From the NCBI GenBank assembly GCA_024277375.1, contig JAJRVD010000053.1, positions 8,680 through 72,679 of the forward strand: a DNA stretch of 64,000 nucleotides. The letters are read 5' to 3'. Numbering within the stretch: position 1 is the first letter of the stretch; each line of letters begins with the position of its first letter. The notes under the pieces are model-generated. The model was given only the letters and a program-made list of their open reading frames with translations. It was not told where the DNA came from and made no database searches. Shown piece after piece: positions 7,524 through 17,127 of this stretch. The DNA comes from Candidatus Omnitrophota bacterium. GTDB taxonomy: Bacteria > Omnitrophota > Gorgyraeia > Tantalellales > Tantalellaceae. Both the position numbers and the translations under genes were made by a program.

Positions 7524-8651
7524 ATGGAAGTGCCGTTACTCGATCTGAAAGCGCAGTATCAGACGATAAAAAAAGATATTGATGAAGCGGTAAAAAGGGT
7601 TATTGACAGTCAGTATTTTATTCTCTCGGGGGAGGTAAATGCTTTTGAAGAAGAAATTGCCGCTTATACGGGGGTGCCGTACGCGGCGGGTGTAGCGTCA
7701 GGGACGGACGCTTTGATCCTCGCCTTAAAAGCTTTTGGTATAGGTGAAGGAGACAGGGTTATTACCAGCCCCTTCACTTTTTTCGCGACCGCCGAGGCGG
7801 TTTCTCTGGTTGGCGCGAAACCTGTTTTTGTGGATATCGACCCCAAGACATACAATATTGATCCCGATAAGATCGAGAAGCTGTTACGGGAAACGAGTCA
7901 TGAGTTACGAGACACGATAAAGGCTATCATCCCGGTACATCTCTATGGACAGTGCGCGGATATGGACCGTATAATGAGGATCGCGGAGGAACATGGGCTT
8001 AAGATCATAGAAGATTGCGCTCAGGCGATAGGTGCTTCGAATAATGGGCGTCCTGCCGGTAGTTTTGGGGACGCGGGAGCTTTCAGTTTTTTCCCAAGTA
8101 AAAATCTTGGCGGGTTCGGTGACGGGGGAATGGTTATTTCTAACGATAAACAGGCAATAGAGCGTGTTAAGAAACTGCGTGTTCATGGGAGTGTCGAACA
8201 ATATATACATGAGGAATTGGGATATAATTCACGTCTTGACAGCCTTCAGGCCGCTATACTTCGCGTGAAATTAAAAAAACTTAATGAATGGCTTGATGCC
8301 AGAAGGGCTATAGCCGCCAAATATGATGAGGCGTTTTCGCCCTTGGGCATTATTACCCCTAAAGTGGCCGATGGAAACGCGCATGCGTATCATCAGTACA
8401 CAATGGCGGTTGAGGAAAGGGATAGATTCGTTCAGTATCTTAATGACAATGGTATTGCCGCGCGTGTTTATTATCCCGTTCCTTTGCATCTGCAGCCATG
8501 CTATAGAGATCTGGGTTATTCTATCGGTAGTTTTCCGATCTCTGAGGAACTGGCGGAGAAGGTGTTGTCTCTCCCTATTTATCCGGAATTGTCAGAAGAA
8601 AAGGTGAACTATATTATCCAAACAGTGAAAGATTTTATCGCTAAAGGATAG
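7524..8651 (+). CDS. DegT/DnrJ/EryC1/StrS PLP-dependent sugar aminotransferase (candidate GDP-perosamine synthase)
   Basis: Family N-terminal pattern and SGTDALILAL ... FSFFPSKNLG (PLP lysine region). Adjacent to gmd. Confidence 0.75.
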   Translation: MEVPLLDLKAQYQTIKKDIDEAVKRVIDSQYFILSGEVNAFEEEIAAYTGVPYAAGVASGTDALILALKAFGIGEGDRVITSPFTFFATAEAVSLVGAKPVFVDIDPKTYNIDPDKIEKLLRETSHELRDTIKAIIPVHLYGQCADMDRIMRIAEEHGLKIIEDCAQAIGASNNGRPAGSFGDAGAFSFFPSKNLGGFGDGGMVISNDKQAIERVKKLRVHGSVEQYIHEELGYNSRLDSLQAAILRVKLKKLNEWLDARRAIAAKYDEAFSPLGIITPKVADGNAHAYHQYTMAVEERDRFVQYLNDNGIAARVYYPVPLHLQPCYRDLGYSIGSFPISEELAEKVLSLPIYPELSEEKVNYIIQTVKDFIAKG

Positions 8652-8665
8652 GGATAGTGAATAGT

Positions 8666-8711
8666 CGTAGGAGTGGCCTCCCCTCGACTTCGCTCGGGAC
8701 AGGCTGGCCGC
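8666..8711. repeat. Composite repeat: family C hairpin arms (CGTAGGAGtGGCCTC ... TGGCCGC) with a family B motif (CCCTCGACTTCGCTCGGGACAGGC) nested in the loop
   Basis: Compared with 46604..46629 and with the B copy at 1105..1130 (CCTCGGTTTCGCTCGGGATGACAAGC). Confidence 0.55.
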
Positions 8712-8823
8712 AAACTGAAAAAGTGTCAAAGCGTCATAGTGGTACATAATCACAAACTGTCATCCTGAGAGAGGGAGGAACTAAGTGACGACCGAGCCGA
8801 AGGATCTCAAAAAGGTTAGGCTT

Positions 8824-9549
8824 ATGAATGAAAAAGTATTCTTATCGATAATTATTCCCGCTTATAATGAGGAAAGTAATATTTCAGGTACACTTTCTGA
8901 GGTAGCGGAATATCTGGAAAGCAGGAACTTTTCCTGTGAAGTGATCGTTATCGATGACGGGTCTAAAGACGCTACAGTCGAGATAGCCCGCCAATTCGGG
9001 GGGAAGATCCCGAACCTGAAAATTATCGAAAGTTCGCCGAACGGTGGAAAAGGGTATGTTCTTAAAAAAGCAATATTCCAGTCTAATGGCGAATATGTAA
9101 TGTTCATGGACGCCGATAGTTCCGTTTCCGTGAGTGAATTAGATAACTTTTTGCCGCTCTTGGAGGAGGAAACAGATGTTTATATAGCTTCAAGAAGGGT
9201 TCCAGGAGCAAAAGTGTCTATGCCTCAGAGTCGTGAAATATTGGGAAAGGTATATATCTTCTTTTCGAAGGTGTTGCTCGGCATAGAAGTAAACGACATA
9301 AACTGTGGATTTAAGTTGTTCAAGGGCAAGGTCGCGAAAGAAGTGTTTTCCAAGCAGATCATGGGAGACTGGAGTTTTGACGCGGAAGTTCTGTTTATAG
9401 TCGGAAAATACGGATATAAAATAAAAGAAATTCCTGTAGAATGGATCTATAAGGATACTTCGAAGGTGCGTCCGATCCGGGACGGGATAAATAGTTTTAT
9501 TAGTCTGGTCAAGATAAGGGTCAATAACCTAAGCGGTAAATATGAGTAA
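8824..9549 (+). CDS. GT2 polyprenyl-phosphate sugar synthase (GtrB/CsbB/DPM1-like)
   Basis: SIIIPAYNEE, VIVIDDGSKD and FMDADSS (DxD) motifs. Confidence 0.75.
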   Translation: MNEKVFLSIIIPAYNEESNISGTLSEVAEYLESRNFSCEVIVIDDGSKDATVEIARQFGGKIPNLKIIESSPNGGKGYVLKKAIFQSNGEYVMFMDADSSVSVSELDNFLPLLEEETDVYIASRRVPGAKVSMPQSREILGKVYIFFSKVLLGIEVNDINCGFKLFKGKVAKEVFSKQIMGDWSFDAEVLFIVGKYGYKIKEIPVEWIYKDTSKVRPIRDGINSFISLVKIRVNNLSGKYE

Positions 9550-10261
9550 TAACGTGTTCATATCTATAATAATTCCGGCATACAACGAGGAGTAAAGAAT
9601 AGGCGCTACACTGGCGCATATATACGACTATCTTAAGTCTAAAGACTTTAAATATGAAGTGATTGTCGTTGATGACGGTAGCGATGACGATACTGTGCGG
9701 AAGGCGAAAGAAAGCGATATATTCAAAACAGGTGCTCTTAGCGTTGTTAGGAACGAGACCAATAGCGGCAAAGGATTCGCGGTTAAGGCGGGTATCTTAA
9801 AAAGTGCCGGTAAATATGTGCTGTTCAGTGACGCGGATTCCTCGACCCCGATCGATGAGTTGGATAAGATGCTTGAGTATATCGGGGATGATGTCGATAT
9901 AGTTATAGGGTCACGTTCTGTTCCTGACTCGGATGTCAGAGTTCCGCAGCCATGGCATAGAGAGAAGATGGGTAAGATATTCAACTTTTGCGTTAGAGCG
10001 CTTCTCGTAGATAGTTTTAAGGATACACAGTGTGGCTTCAAACTTTTTAAGGGGGATATTGCCCGGGAAATAGCTCGTCTTTCAGAAATTAAGGGGTTTT
10101 GTTTTGACGTAGAGATGTTGTATATCGCTGGACAGAAGGGGTATAGGGTTAGGGAAGTCGGTGTGGTGTGGAATAATTCTATTCAGAGTAAAGTGAAGAT
10201 ACTAAACAGTTCTTTAAGCATGTTTCTTGACCTCTTGAGGATAAAAAAAATACACAAATGA
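9542..10261 (+). pseudogene. Second GtrB-like GT2 paralogue interrupted by an in-frame TAA at 9593..9595 (or a sequencing error)
   Basis: ATG 9542 gives MSNNVFISIIIPAYNEE, then TAA. The same frame continues RIGATLAHIYDYLKSKDFKYEVIVVDDGSDDD... to 10261. The track shows only the downstream GTG-initiated piece 9659..10261. Confidence 0.6.
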
Positions 10262-11973
10262 TCTCTTTTCGTAAAGAACATTACTTTCTTGCCGTGATAA
10301 TCGGTCTGGGTTTTATTGTCCGTATATGGGGTTTGGACTTCGGCCTTCCTTTTCAATTCCATCAGGATGAACCGATAGTTGTCAACCATGCTATTGCTTA
10401 TGGTACAGGTGACTTTAATCCTCACTTTTTCATTATCCCGCCGCTATGTTCATACATGCTTTTTACGTTTTATGGTGGGTATTTTGTTCTGGGAAAACTC
10501 TTTGGGGCGTTTATCGGCGCTGATCAGTTCGCTTTAAGTTTCTTTTCTGATCCAAGCATTTTTTATTTGATCGCAAGGACCGTTCTGGGGGTTTTACCCG
10601 GAACTCTGGTCATATGGTTGTGCTACGTTCTGTATAAGAAACTTTTCGGGGAAAAAGGAGCGTTATATGCGGCGATGGTAATTGCCTTTTCTTTTTTGTG
10701 TGTCGCGAATGCCCATTACGCGTATACCGACAGCATAATGCTCGTTCTTATACTCATGGTATATATTTCGCTGGTTAACTTGATAAAAAAACCGGTGATC
10801 AAGAATTATTTGATATCTGCTGTGCTATTAGGGCTTGCTGTAGGTACTAAATACAATGCGGCACTCTTGGCGGTAAGCTGTTATACCGCTCATGTAATTG
10901 CCGTGTATGAGCATGGCCTGGACAAGAAAAGGGTGATCATTGATAAAGCTCTTTGGCTGTCGTTTTTGGTGGTGATCGGAATATTTGTGTTTACAAATCC
11001 GTTCGCGATATTGGATTGGTCCGCTTTTTCGAGGACAATAACAGGCGGGATAAGACATCACCCGATGGGGTGGTTGTACCATCTTCGTTATTCAACTATT
11101 GAGGGTGTCGGATTGGCTGTTCTGGCGGGTGGTATTATGGGGGGAGTTATAATGTTCATAAAGGAAAAAAAGTGGAAGGCTTTTCTTCTTTTTTCCTTTC
11201 CAGCTGCTTTTTATGTACATCTTGTATTCGCGAGTCAGAGATTTTCGAGATATGCTTTGCCTCTCGTACCGTTCCTGGCGATATGCGTGTCTTTTTTGCT
11301 CTGGCAGGTGCTATTCCAAAAAGGAGGAACGGTTCTTAGGAAGTCTGGTGTAGTTGCGATATCGTTGTTACTGCTCATCCCTACAACCGCTAAATCGATC
11401 AAGGCGGACCTTCTTTTTTCTGGTGAAGATACCAGAACATTATCGACCGATTGGATACTGAAAAACATTCCTTCAAATACTAAAATAGTCGTTGATCACA
11501 CGTCATTCAGACCCCAGATCCTTCAGACGAAAGAACAAATGTATGAAAAGAATGAAATAGCCGGGTATCAAGAAGGCATGCGTGAAACGAAAAAAAAGAA
11601 AATAGGGTTTTTGCTGAAGACAATAGAAGGTATGAAGGCCTATAACGTTTATTTCTTATCGCATAAGCCGGAGAAGGGCGGACAGTTTCTTTCTACCATG
11701 CCTGCCATTGCTTATGATCTCGATGATATAAAAGCGAGGGGCATAGAATATGTCGTTATCAATAACAATACGTCCGGCGGGAAAAAGGATAAATTCATCG
11801 AACGCCTTAAGCGAGAGTCCGAGGTTGTCGCTCAATTCAGTCCATATTATGACGAGAAGATAAGGAAACGGTTCGATCCTATAGATGTTACATGTGTTTC
11901 GGTAGGGACCAGGGAGATCTTCTCCCGGCGTTTGTCAGGACCGTGTATCATTATTTACAAGCTGAGATACTGA
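10258..11973 (+). CDS. GT-C membrane glycosyltransferase, PMT/ArnT (GT39/GT83-like)
   Basis: Polytopic protein with an HQDEP loop motif near the N-terminus, as in ArnT/PMT family transferases. Confidence 0.6.
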   Translation: MISFRKEHYFLAVIIGLGFIVRIWGLDFGLPFQFHQDEPIVVNHAIAYGTGDFNPHFFIIPPLCSYMLFTFYGGYFVLGKLFGAFIGADQFALSFFSDPSIFYLIARTVLGVLPGTLVIWLCYVLYKKLFGEKGALYAAMVIAFSFLCVANAHYAYTDSIMLVLILMVYISLVNLIKKPVIKNYLISAVLLGLAVGTKYNAALLAVSCYTAHVIAVYEHGLDKKRVIIDKALWLSFLVVIGIFVFTNPFAILDWSAFSRTITGGIRHHPMGWLYHLRYSTIEGVGLAVLAGGIMGGVIMFIKEKKWKAFLLFSFPAAFYVHLVFASQRFSRYALPLVPFLAICVSFLLWQVLFQKGGTVLRKSGVVAISLLLLIPTTAKSIKADLLFSGEDTRTLSTDWILKNIPSNTKIVVDHTSFRPQILQTKEQMYEKNEIAGYQEGMRETKKKKIGFLLKTIEGMKAYNVYFLSHKPEKGGQFLSTMPAIAYDLDDIKARGIEYVVINNNTSGGKKDKFIERLKRESEVVAQFSPYYDEKIRKRFDPIDVTCVSVGTREIFSRRLSGPCIIIYKLRY

Positions 11974-11978
11974 AAACC

Positions 11979-14252
11979 ATGAAAAAAACTAAAGATGTAT
12001 TTTTTATCTTATTGCTCGCCTCCGCGGTATGCTTTATTTTTCGGGATATTCTTTTTTTAAAAGTAACATTCATAAGAGGTGATTACCTCCAGCAGTTCTT
12101 CCCCTGGCTGAATTTTTACTCCGAAAGTATAAAAAGTTTACAATTACCCTTATGGATAAGATCTGTGCAGTGTGGGTTTCCTCTGCTTGCGGAGGGGCAG
12201 ATAGGGGTTCTTTATCCCTTAAACTTGGGGTTTTTCTACTTTTTACCTTTCAGGGAAGCCTATAATTATTCTTTTCTGTTTCATTTTATATTATCCGGAG
12301 TATTCACCTATTTATATGCCAGAAAAATGAAAGCGGATTTTTGGGGAGGAGCGCTTGCCGCTATTTTGATATGTTTTGGGAGTGCTTACGCCGGGTGTTT
12401 TGTGCATATAGCTACATTGAAGTGCCTTGTGTGGTTTCCTCTTGTTTTATTGGTATCTGAAGTTCACCTCGAAAGGAAAGACAAGAAATTACTGCCGTTG
12501 ATAGGGGTTTTTGTGGGAATGCAGTATTTATCAGGCTCATTTCAAATGGCGTTCTATTCTACCGCTATGTACATAGTATATTTCTTTATTCGAAATCGGG
12601 CGGACGGTAAAAGTTTTTGGGGCTTCGCGAAAGACATACTTATCGTTTTGGCGGTCGCGGTCGCTATAGGATTACCTCAGATAATTCAGACCGCGCAGTT
12701 AGCGGAATATTCCAACAGGCCCTTAAAGACCCTGGATTTCGCGTTATGGAACTCTTTGTCTCCGGCGGCTTTTTTGGGCACCTTTTTGCCTTATATGGGG
12801 ATGATCTTCTCTAAAGGTAATGTTTTTTATATAGGGATGATAGGTCTCTTTTTCTGTTTATACGCTATGACATCTAAAAACACATCAAAGCGGTCAAAGG
12901 GGATCGTATTTGTGTTAGTACTGGCTGTATTTATCGCGCTTGGTAAATACAACCCTCTGTACGTATGGATGATAAAGGCATTCAATTTTTATACTTTCAG
13001 GGCTCCTTCAAGGGCGATATATTTTGCTGTTTTTGCCGCCTCTGTCCTTGCTGGTGTGGGTTTTACAAGTTTTTTTAATAATATTCGAAGCCGTCGGGAG
13101 TCTTCCTTATACAGGAAATTCACAGGGATATTGATCTTTGTTCTCAGCGCGTTTTCCGCAATAAAACTTACCTTGATGTATTATGGTCCGCAGATATTGG
13201 AGATAGCAAAAAAATATGTCGCTAAGAACATTTATGGCAAACCTTTTCATCGGTATAGTTTGGATGTTTATATGAGCAAAACGGAGAATTTTTATAATAC
13301 GATCATAAACCGTTTTTCGTTGGAGGACCGATATGTTCTTACTTCTGTCGTTATGATCGCGGGGGCTTTGGTCGTGTTGTACGCCGTAAATAATATCAAA
13401 CGGAAAACGTTAGCCCGATCTTTGTGTTTTGGATTTGTGGCCGCGGAACTTTTTTTCTTCAGTTTTTTTGCCAAGGGTATAAATACGGATCTGGCGGGTT
13501 TCGACTTCGCCGCTCCAAAAGAAAAAGAAATATTTAATATTCTAAAGGCGGATAAAGAGCTGTTCAGAATATGTCCGATAGGATACCAGGAGGGCTTGCC
13601 GTTATGGTTATGGCCGAGCATGAACCAGGTGTATGGGTTTGATAGTATAGCTTTATATTCACCTTTGGCTAACAGGGATTATTTTCTTGATACAAAAGGG
13701 CTTGGCCTTGTTGACGATTCGCTGGGAATACTTCCGTATAACATAGAGGCATTGCATGACAAAATGGGCCTCCTGAAGGCGATGAACGTTAAATATGTTA
13801 TCGCGCCAGAGAAGTTGTATCACCCCGCGCTACAACTACTTATCTCTGAAGGAGATATACAGCTATACCTTGTTAAAGGATTTGGCGAAAGGTTCTTTTT
13901 CTCGACCTCTATAGAAGATATTACCTCTGCCGAGGCGGATATATCCGTAGAAGAGTATCGATCAGGTTACGCGGAAGTAATTGTTGATTGTCGGGAGAAA
14001 GGGTTCCTTGTGTTTTCCGAGAAAAATTATTCCGGGTGGGAAGTATATGTTGACGGAAAGAAGGGTAAGTTAGAAAAGTATGGTTCTGTGCTCCAGTCTG
14101 TAAGGATCTCGGCCGGATCGCATAGGGTTGTTTTTAAATACGATCCCGCGTATTTAAAGATTATTTTGTATTTTTCATTGGCTATTTTTTTAATGGCATT
14201 GTTGATCAGTGCAATGGGATTATTTGTGCAACGTACGGTAAAAAACAAATAG
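11979..14252 (+). CDS. YfhO-family GT-C membrane glycosyltransferase
   Basis: About 758 aa with many TM segments, then an extracytoplasmic C-terminal domain and a terminal TM. Size and architecture are typical of YfhO. Follows a CsbB-like GT2. Confidence 0.6.
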   Translation: MKKTKDVFFILLLASAVCFIFRDILFLKVTFIRGDYLQQFFPWLNFYSESIKSLQLPLWIRSVQCGFPLLAEGQIGVLYPLNLGFFYFLPFREAYNYSFLFHFILSGVFTYLYARKMKADFWGGALAAILICFGSAYAGCFVHIATLKCLVWFPLVLLVSEVHLERKDKKLLPLIGVFVGMQYLSGSFQMAFYSTAMYIVYFFIRNRADGKSFWGFAKDILIVLAVAVAIGLPQIIQTAQLAEYSNRPLKTLDFALWNSLSPAAFLGTFLPYMGMIFSKGNVFYIGMIGLFFCLYAMTSKNTSKRSKGIVFVLVLAVFIALGKYNPLYVWMIKAFNFYTFRAPSRAIYFAVFAASVLAGVGFTSFFNNIRSRRESSLYRKFTGILIFVLSAFSAIKLTLMYYGPQILEIAKKYVAKNIYGKPFHRYSLDVYMSKTENFYNTIINRFSLEDRYVLTSVVMIAGALVVLYAVNNIKRKTLARSLCFGFVAAELFFFSFFAKGINTDLAGFDFAAPKEKEIFNILKADKELFRICPIGYQEGLPLWLWPSMNQVYGFDSIALYSPLANRDYFLDTKGLGLVDDSLGILPYNIEALHDKMGLLKAMNVKYVIAPEKLYHPALQLLISEGDIQLYLVKGFGERFFFSTSIEDITSAEADISVEEYRSGYAEVIVDCREKGFLVFSEKNYSGWEVYVDGKKGKLEKYGSVLQSVRISAGSHRVVFKYDPAYLKIILYFSLAIFLMALLISAMGLFVQRTVKNK

Positions 14253-14277
14253 GATCGAGCCACCATCAGAAAAACAT

Positions 14278-15960
14278 ATGTGTAGAAAGTATCAAATCAA
14301 TATAATAGTGGTAGTGCTACTAGCCGTTTTTGTGTTCCTTGCCGTTTCGAGCATATGGCCTGACAGGAAATCGCCTACCTGCGACGAGCTTTCGCATCAT
14401 ATCCCTGTCGGGTATGTATTTCTCATCAAAAGGGATTTTGCTTTCGCGACAGATTCCCCTCCTCTTGCCAGATGTTTCGCGGCTTTGCCTCTTCTGGGAT
14501 TGAATATAAATCTTCCGGATGAAAGGTCTTTTTGGGCAAGAGAGGATAGGGGCGAATTTTCCAAAGAGTTCATGTATAAGCTGAACAGGTCCATCGCCGA
14601 TAAGATAGTGCGCTATGCGCGTTTGCCAAATATTCTTTTGGCGTCTTTCGGAGGCATCTTTTTATTTTTCTGGATAAGAAAGAAATTTGATCTCATTGCA
14701 GCGGTTCTAGCGTCGTTTTTTTACTTTTTGTCACCGAATATTCTGGCGCACGCAAGGCTGGCTACTACAGATATAGCGGCAACGGTATTTATTATGTGTT
14801 CTGTCTTTACGTTCTGGGATCTTGTGAATAAACCTGGTCGCGTCAAAGCTTTGATAGCCGGAGTTTTTATGGGGCTGGCTATGATGTCGAAATATTCCGC
14901 ACTCTTACTTTTTCCGGTGTATGCCGTGCTTACAGTCTCCATCTATAGCAGGCAGTTGACGTCAGCCAAAAGGTTAAAAACCCCGATCCTGTCTTCTTTC
15001 TTTCTGTTCCTATGCATATCCTTTTTTGTTTTGTGGGCGGGATATGCTTTTGAATTTAAACCGTTCCTTAAAGATGTTTTGCGGCCCGAGGGTAAGATCG
15101 AAATTTTCGAGAATGTGATACGTCGGATATATCCTGCCGCAGGAGTCGAATTTCTCGATAGGGCAAAGAGTTGGCTTTATACGGTACCCGTACCGCTTAG
15201 TTCATTCTTTTTGGGTGTTCTCGGAGTTTTGAAGCATGCTTCTGGATCTATGGGAACTTTTTTTATGGGTTACCGATCGTCCGGTCATCCCATGTATTAT
15301 GTCTTGGTGTTTCTTATCAAAACTCCGATACCTGTTATTATATCGTTCTTTCTCGGAACGTTAATATTGTTCAGGAGAACGGAGAAGAGAGCTTTACACG
15401 TTTATCTGTTGTCGGTGATGTTGATATATTTTATTATGGCGTCACGTTCTGATCTGCAGCTTGGTCTCAGATATGTTTTGCCGGTCTATCCGATCATTTT
15501 TGTTATCGCGTCGATCGGTCTTACTGATCTATTTGCGAAAAGACGCGTTTTCAAAGCGGTAGGATTCGGACTCATTTTGTGGTCATGCGTAATACCGTTA
15601 TATGTTTGGCCCGACTATTTAAGTTATTTTAATGAGTCCATAGGAGGTCCCGGGAACGGGTACAAGTATTTAAGAGGAAGCAATTTAAGCTGGGGACAGG
15701 ATCTGCCGGCTTTACGGGAATATATGAAGGATAATAGTCTTGAAGATGTCGTATTAGTTTATCATGGGAGCGCGGACCCTTCGTATTATGGAATAGGATA
15801 TAGCAAAATAAGTGATGCGGAGGTCTTCTCTCCCGAGAAGAAAGTTTACGCGATAAGTGCTCATAGTTTTGATTCTGTCGAATGGACAAAAGATCATACG
15901 CCGGTGAAAAAAATCGGTTACTCGATCTTTATTTATGATTTCAGGGATTCCACTATGTAG
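14278..15960 (+). CDS. ArnT/PMT-like GT-C membrane glycosyltransferase
   Basis: Polytopic with an N-proximal CDELSHH loop and a C-terminal soluble domain. Confidence 0.55.
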   Translation: MCRKYQINIIVVVLLAVFVFLAVSSIWPDRKSPTCDELSHHIPVGYVFLIKRDFAFATDSPPLARCFAALPLLGLNINLPDERSFWAREDRGEFSKEFMYKLNRSIADKIVRYARLPNILLASFGGIFLFFWIRKKFDLIAAVLASFFYFLSPNILAHARLATTDIAATVFIMCSVFTFWDLVNKPGRVKALIAGVFMGLAMMSKYSALLLFPVYAVLTVSIYSRQLTSAKRLKTPILSSFFLFLCISFFVLWAGYAFEFKPFLKDVLRPEGKIEIFENVIRRIYPAAGVEFLDRAKSWLYTVPVPLSSFFLGVLGVLKHASGSMGTFFMGYRSSGHPMYYVLVFLIKTPIPVIISFFLGTLILFRRTEKRALHVYLLSVMLIYFIMASRSDLQLGLRYVLPVYPIIFVIASIGLTDLFAKRRVFKAVGFGLILWSCVIPLYVWPDYLSYFNESIGGPGNGYKYLRGSNLSWGQDLPALREYMKDNSLEDVVLVYHGSADPSYYGIGYSKISDAEVFSPEKKVYAISAHSFDSVEWTKDHTPVKKIGYSIFIYDFRDSTM

Positions 15961-16034
15961 GGGTTAGTTCATTATATGACGAAAGGCTTGTGATCCAGTA
16001 GTTACAAGTTTTAAATATGCAGAAGGAGGATCGG

Positions 16035-17039
16035 ATGGTTGGCCGTAAAAATAATTTCAATAAATTCCGTTTTAATGTATTTACTGTTCTGCTTGTTTTG
16101 GCTGTAGTATCGGCAGGTATTTTGGGGGTTTTTAAGATAAGCAAAAAAATTATCAATTTCACTGAAAGTTTCAGAGATATGCGTAGCCGCATGAAAGTTA
16201 TATATGATATGACCAGAGACAATAGATCTTTGCTGGTGCCTCTTGAAGAAGTTAAAAAATCGGATCATTCTTTTGTTTTTGTGGGACATATTTATCCTTT
16301 TAACGGTGTTAACGTAGACAAGGAGACTATTGCTTTTCTTCTAAATAAGATGAATAGTGTTGATCCTCAAAGGGTTATTTTTGGGGGAGATAGCGCTCTA
16401 AGGAGCACGGAGAACAGCCTCCGGTATCTAAAAGACAAAGTTATGGGGGCGCTCAATTCGGAAACTCGGTTCGTATTGGGCAACCATGATCGTTTAAAAG
16501 CTTCGGGCAAAAGAAAAAGAGATTATAACGATCTTTTTAGCAAGGTCTACTATAAGCCGTATTATTTCGAAGATGTCGATGGTGTGAGGTTGATCTATCT
16601 GAATAGTACTATTTCCTTCGGGAAATACGGGTTGGATGAGGCCCAACTGAAATTCTTGAAAAACGCTTTAGAGCGCGGAAAATATAAATTCGCGTTAGTT
16701 TTTCTGCATCATGCTCTTTGGTTGGGAAGATCACCACATGTGAATGAGCAGTATACCAATGCTCAAGAATTGAAAGAAACTTGGATGGAGAAGGTACTGC
16801 CTATTCTGAAGAGTGGGAAGGTTAAGGCTGTTTTTTCGGGAGACGGCGGTGTAAACAAAACTACTTTTCTTCAAGATATCGAGGGGATCCCTCATTATCT
16901 GACGGGTTGGTCATTCAATTTGGATGAAAGGCCGGCGGATTTTTTGAGGATAGATGTAGAGGGGACTGTGGTTAATGTTTACCGATACATTATGCTCAAC
17001 AAACGCCTTATACGTATGCCGATATATGATAAACCATGA
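16035..17039 (+). CDS. Membrane-anchored metallophosphoesterase (calcineurin-like)
   Basis: N-terminal TM. GGDS, GNHD and FLHHALW motifs. RBS agaaggagga before ATG 16035. Confidence 0.6.
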   Translation: MVGRKNNFNKFRFNVFTVLLVLAVVSAGILGVFKISKKIINFTESFRDMRSRMKVIYDMTRDNRSLLVPLEEVKKSDHSFVFVGHIYPFNGVNVDKETIAFLLNKMNSVDPQRVIFGGDSALRSTENSLRYLKDKVMGALNSETRFVLGNHDRLKASGKRKRDYNDLFSKVYYKPYYFEDVDGVRLIYLNSTISFGKYGLDEAQLKFLKNALERGKYKFALVFLHHALWLGRSPHVNEQYTNAQELKETWMEKVLPILKSGKVKAVFSGDGGVNKTTFLQDIEGIPHYLTGWSFNLDERPADFLRIDVEGTVVNVYRYIMLNKRLIRMPIYDKP

Positions 17040-17127
17040 CATTTTTCGGGTTAGCACTTATCTGGGGTGACATTGTATCCCCGTAGTGATATAATGCCTT
17101 GTTCATAACGGCAAAAAAGGAAATTAT

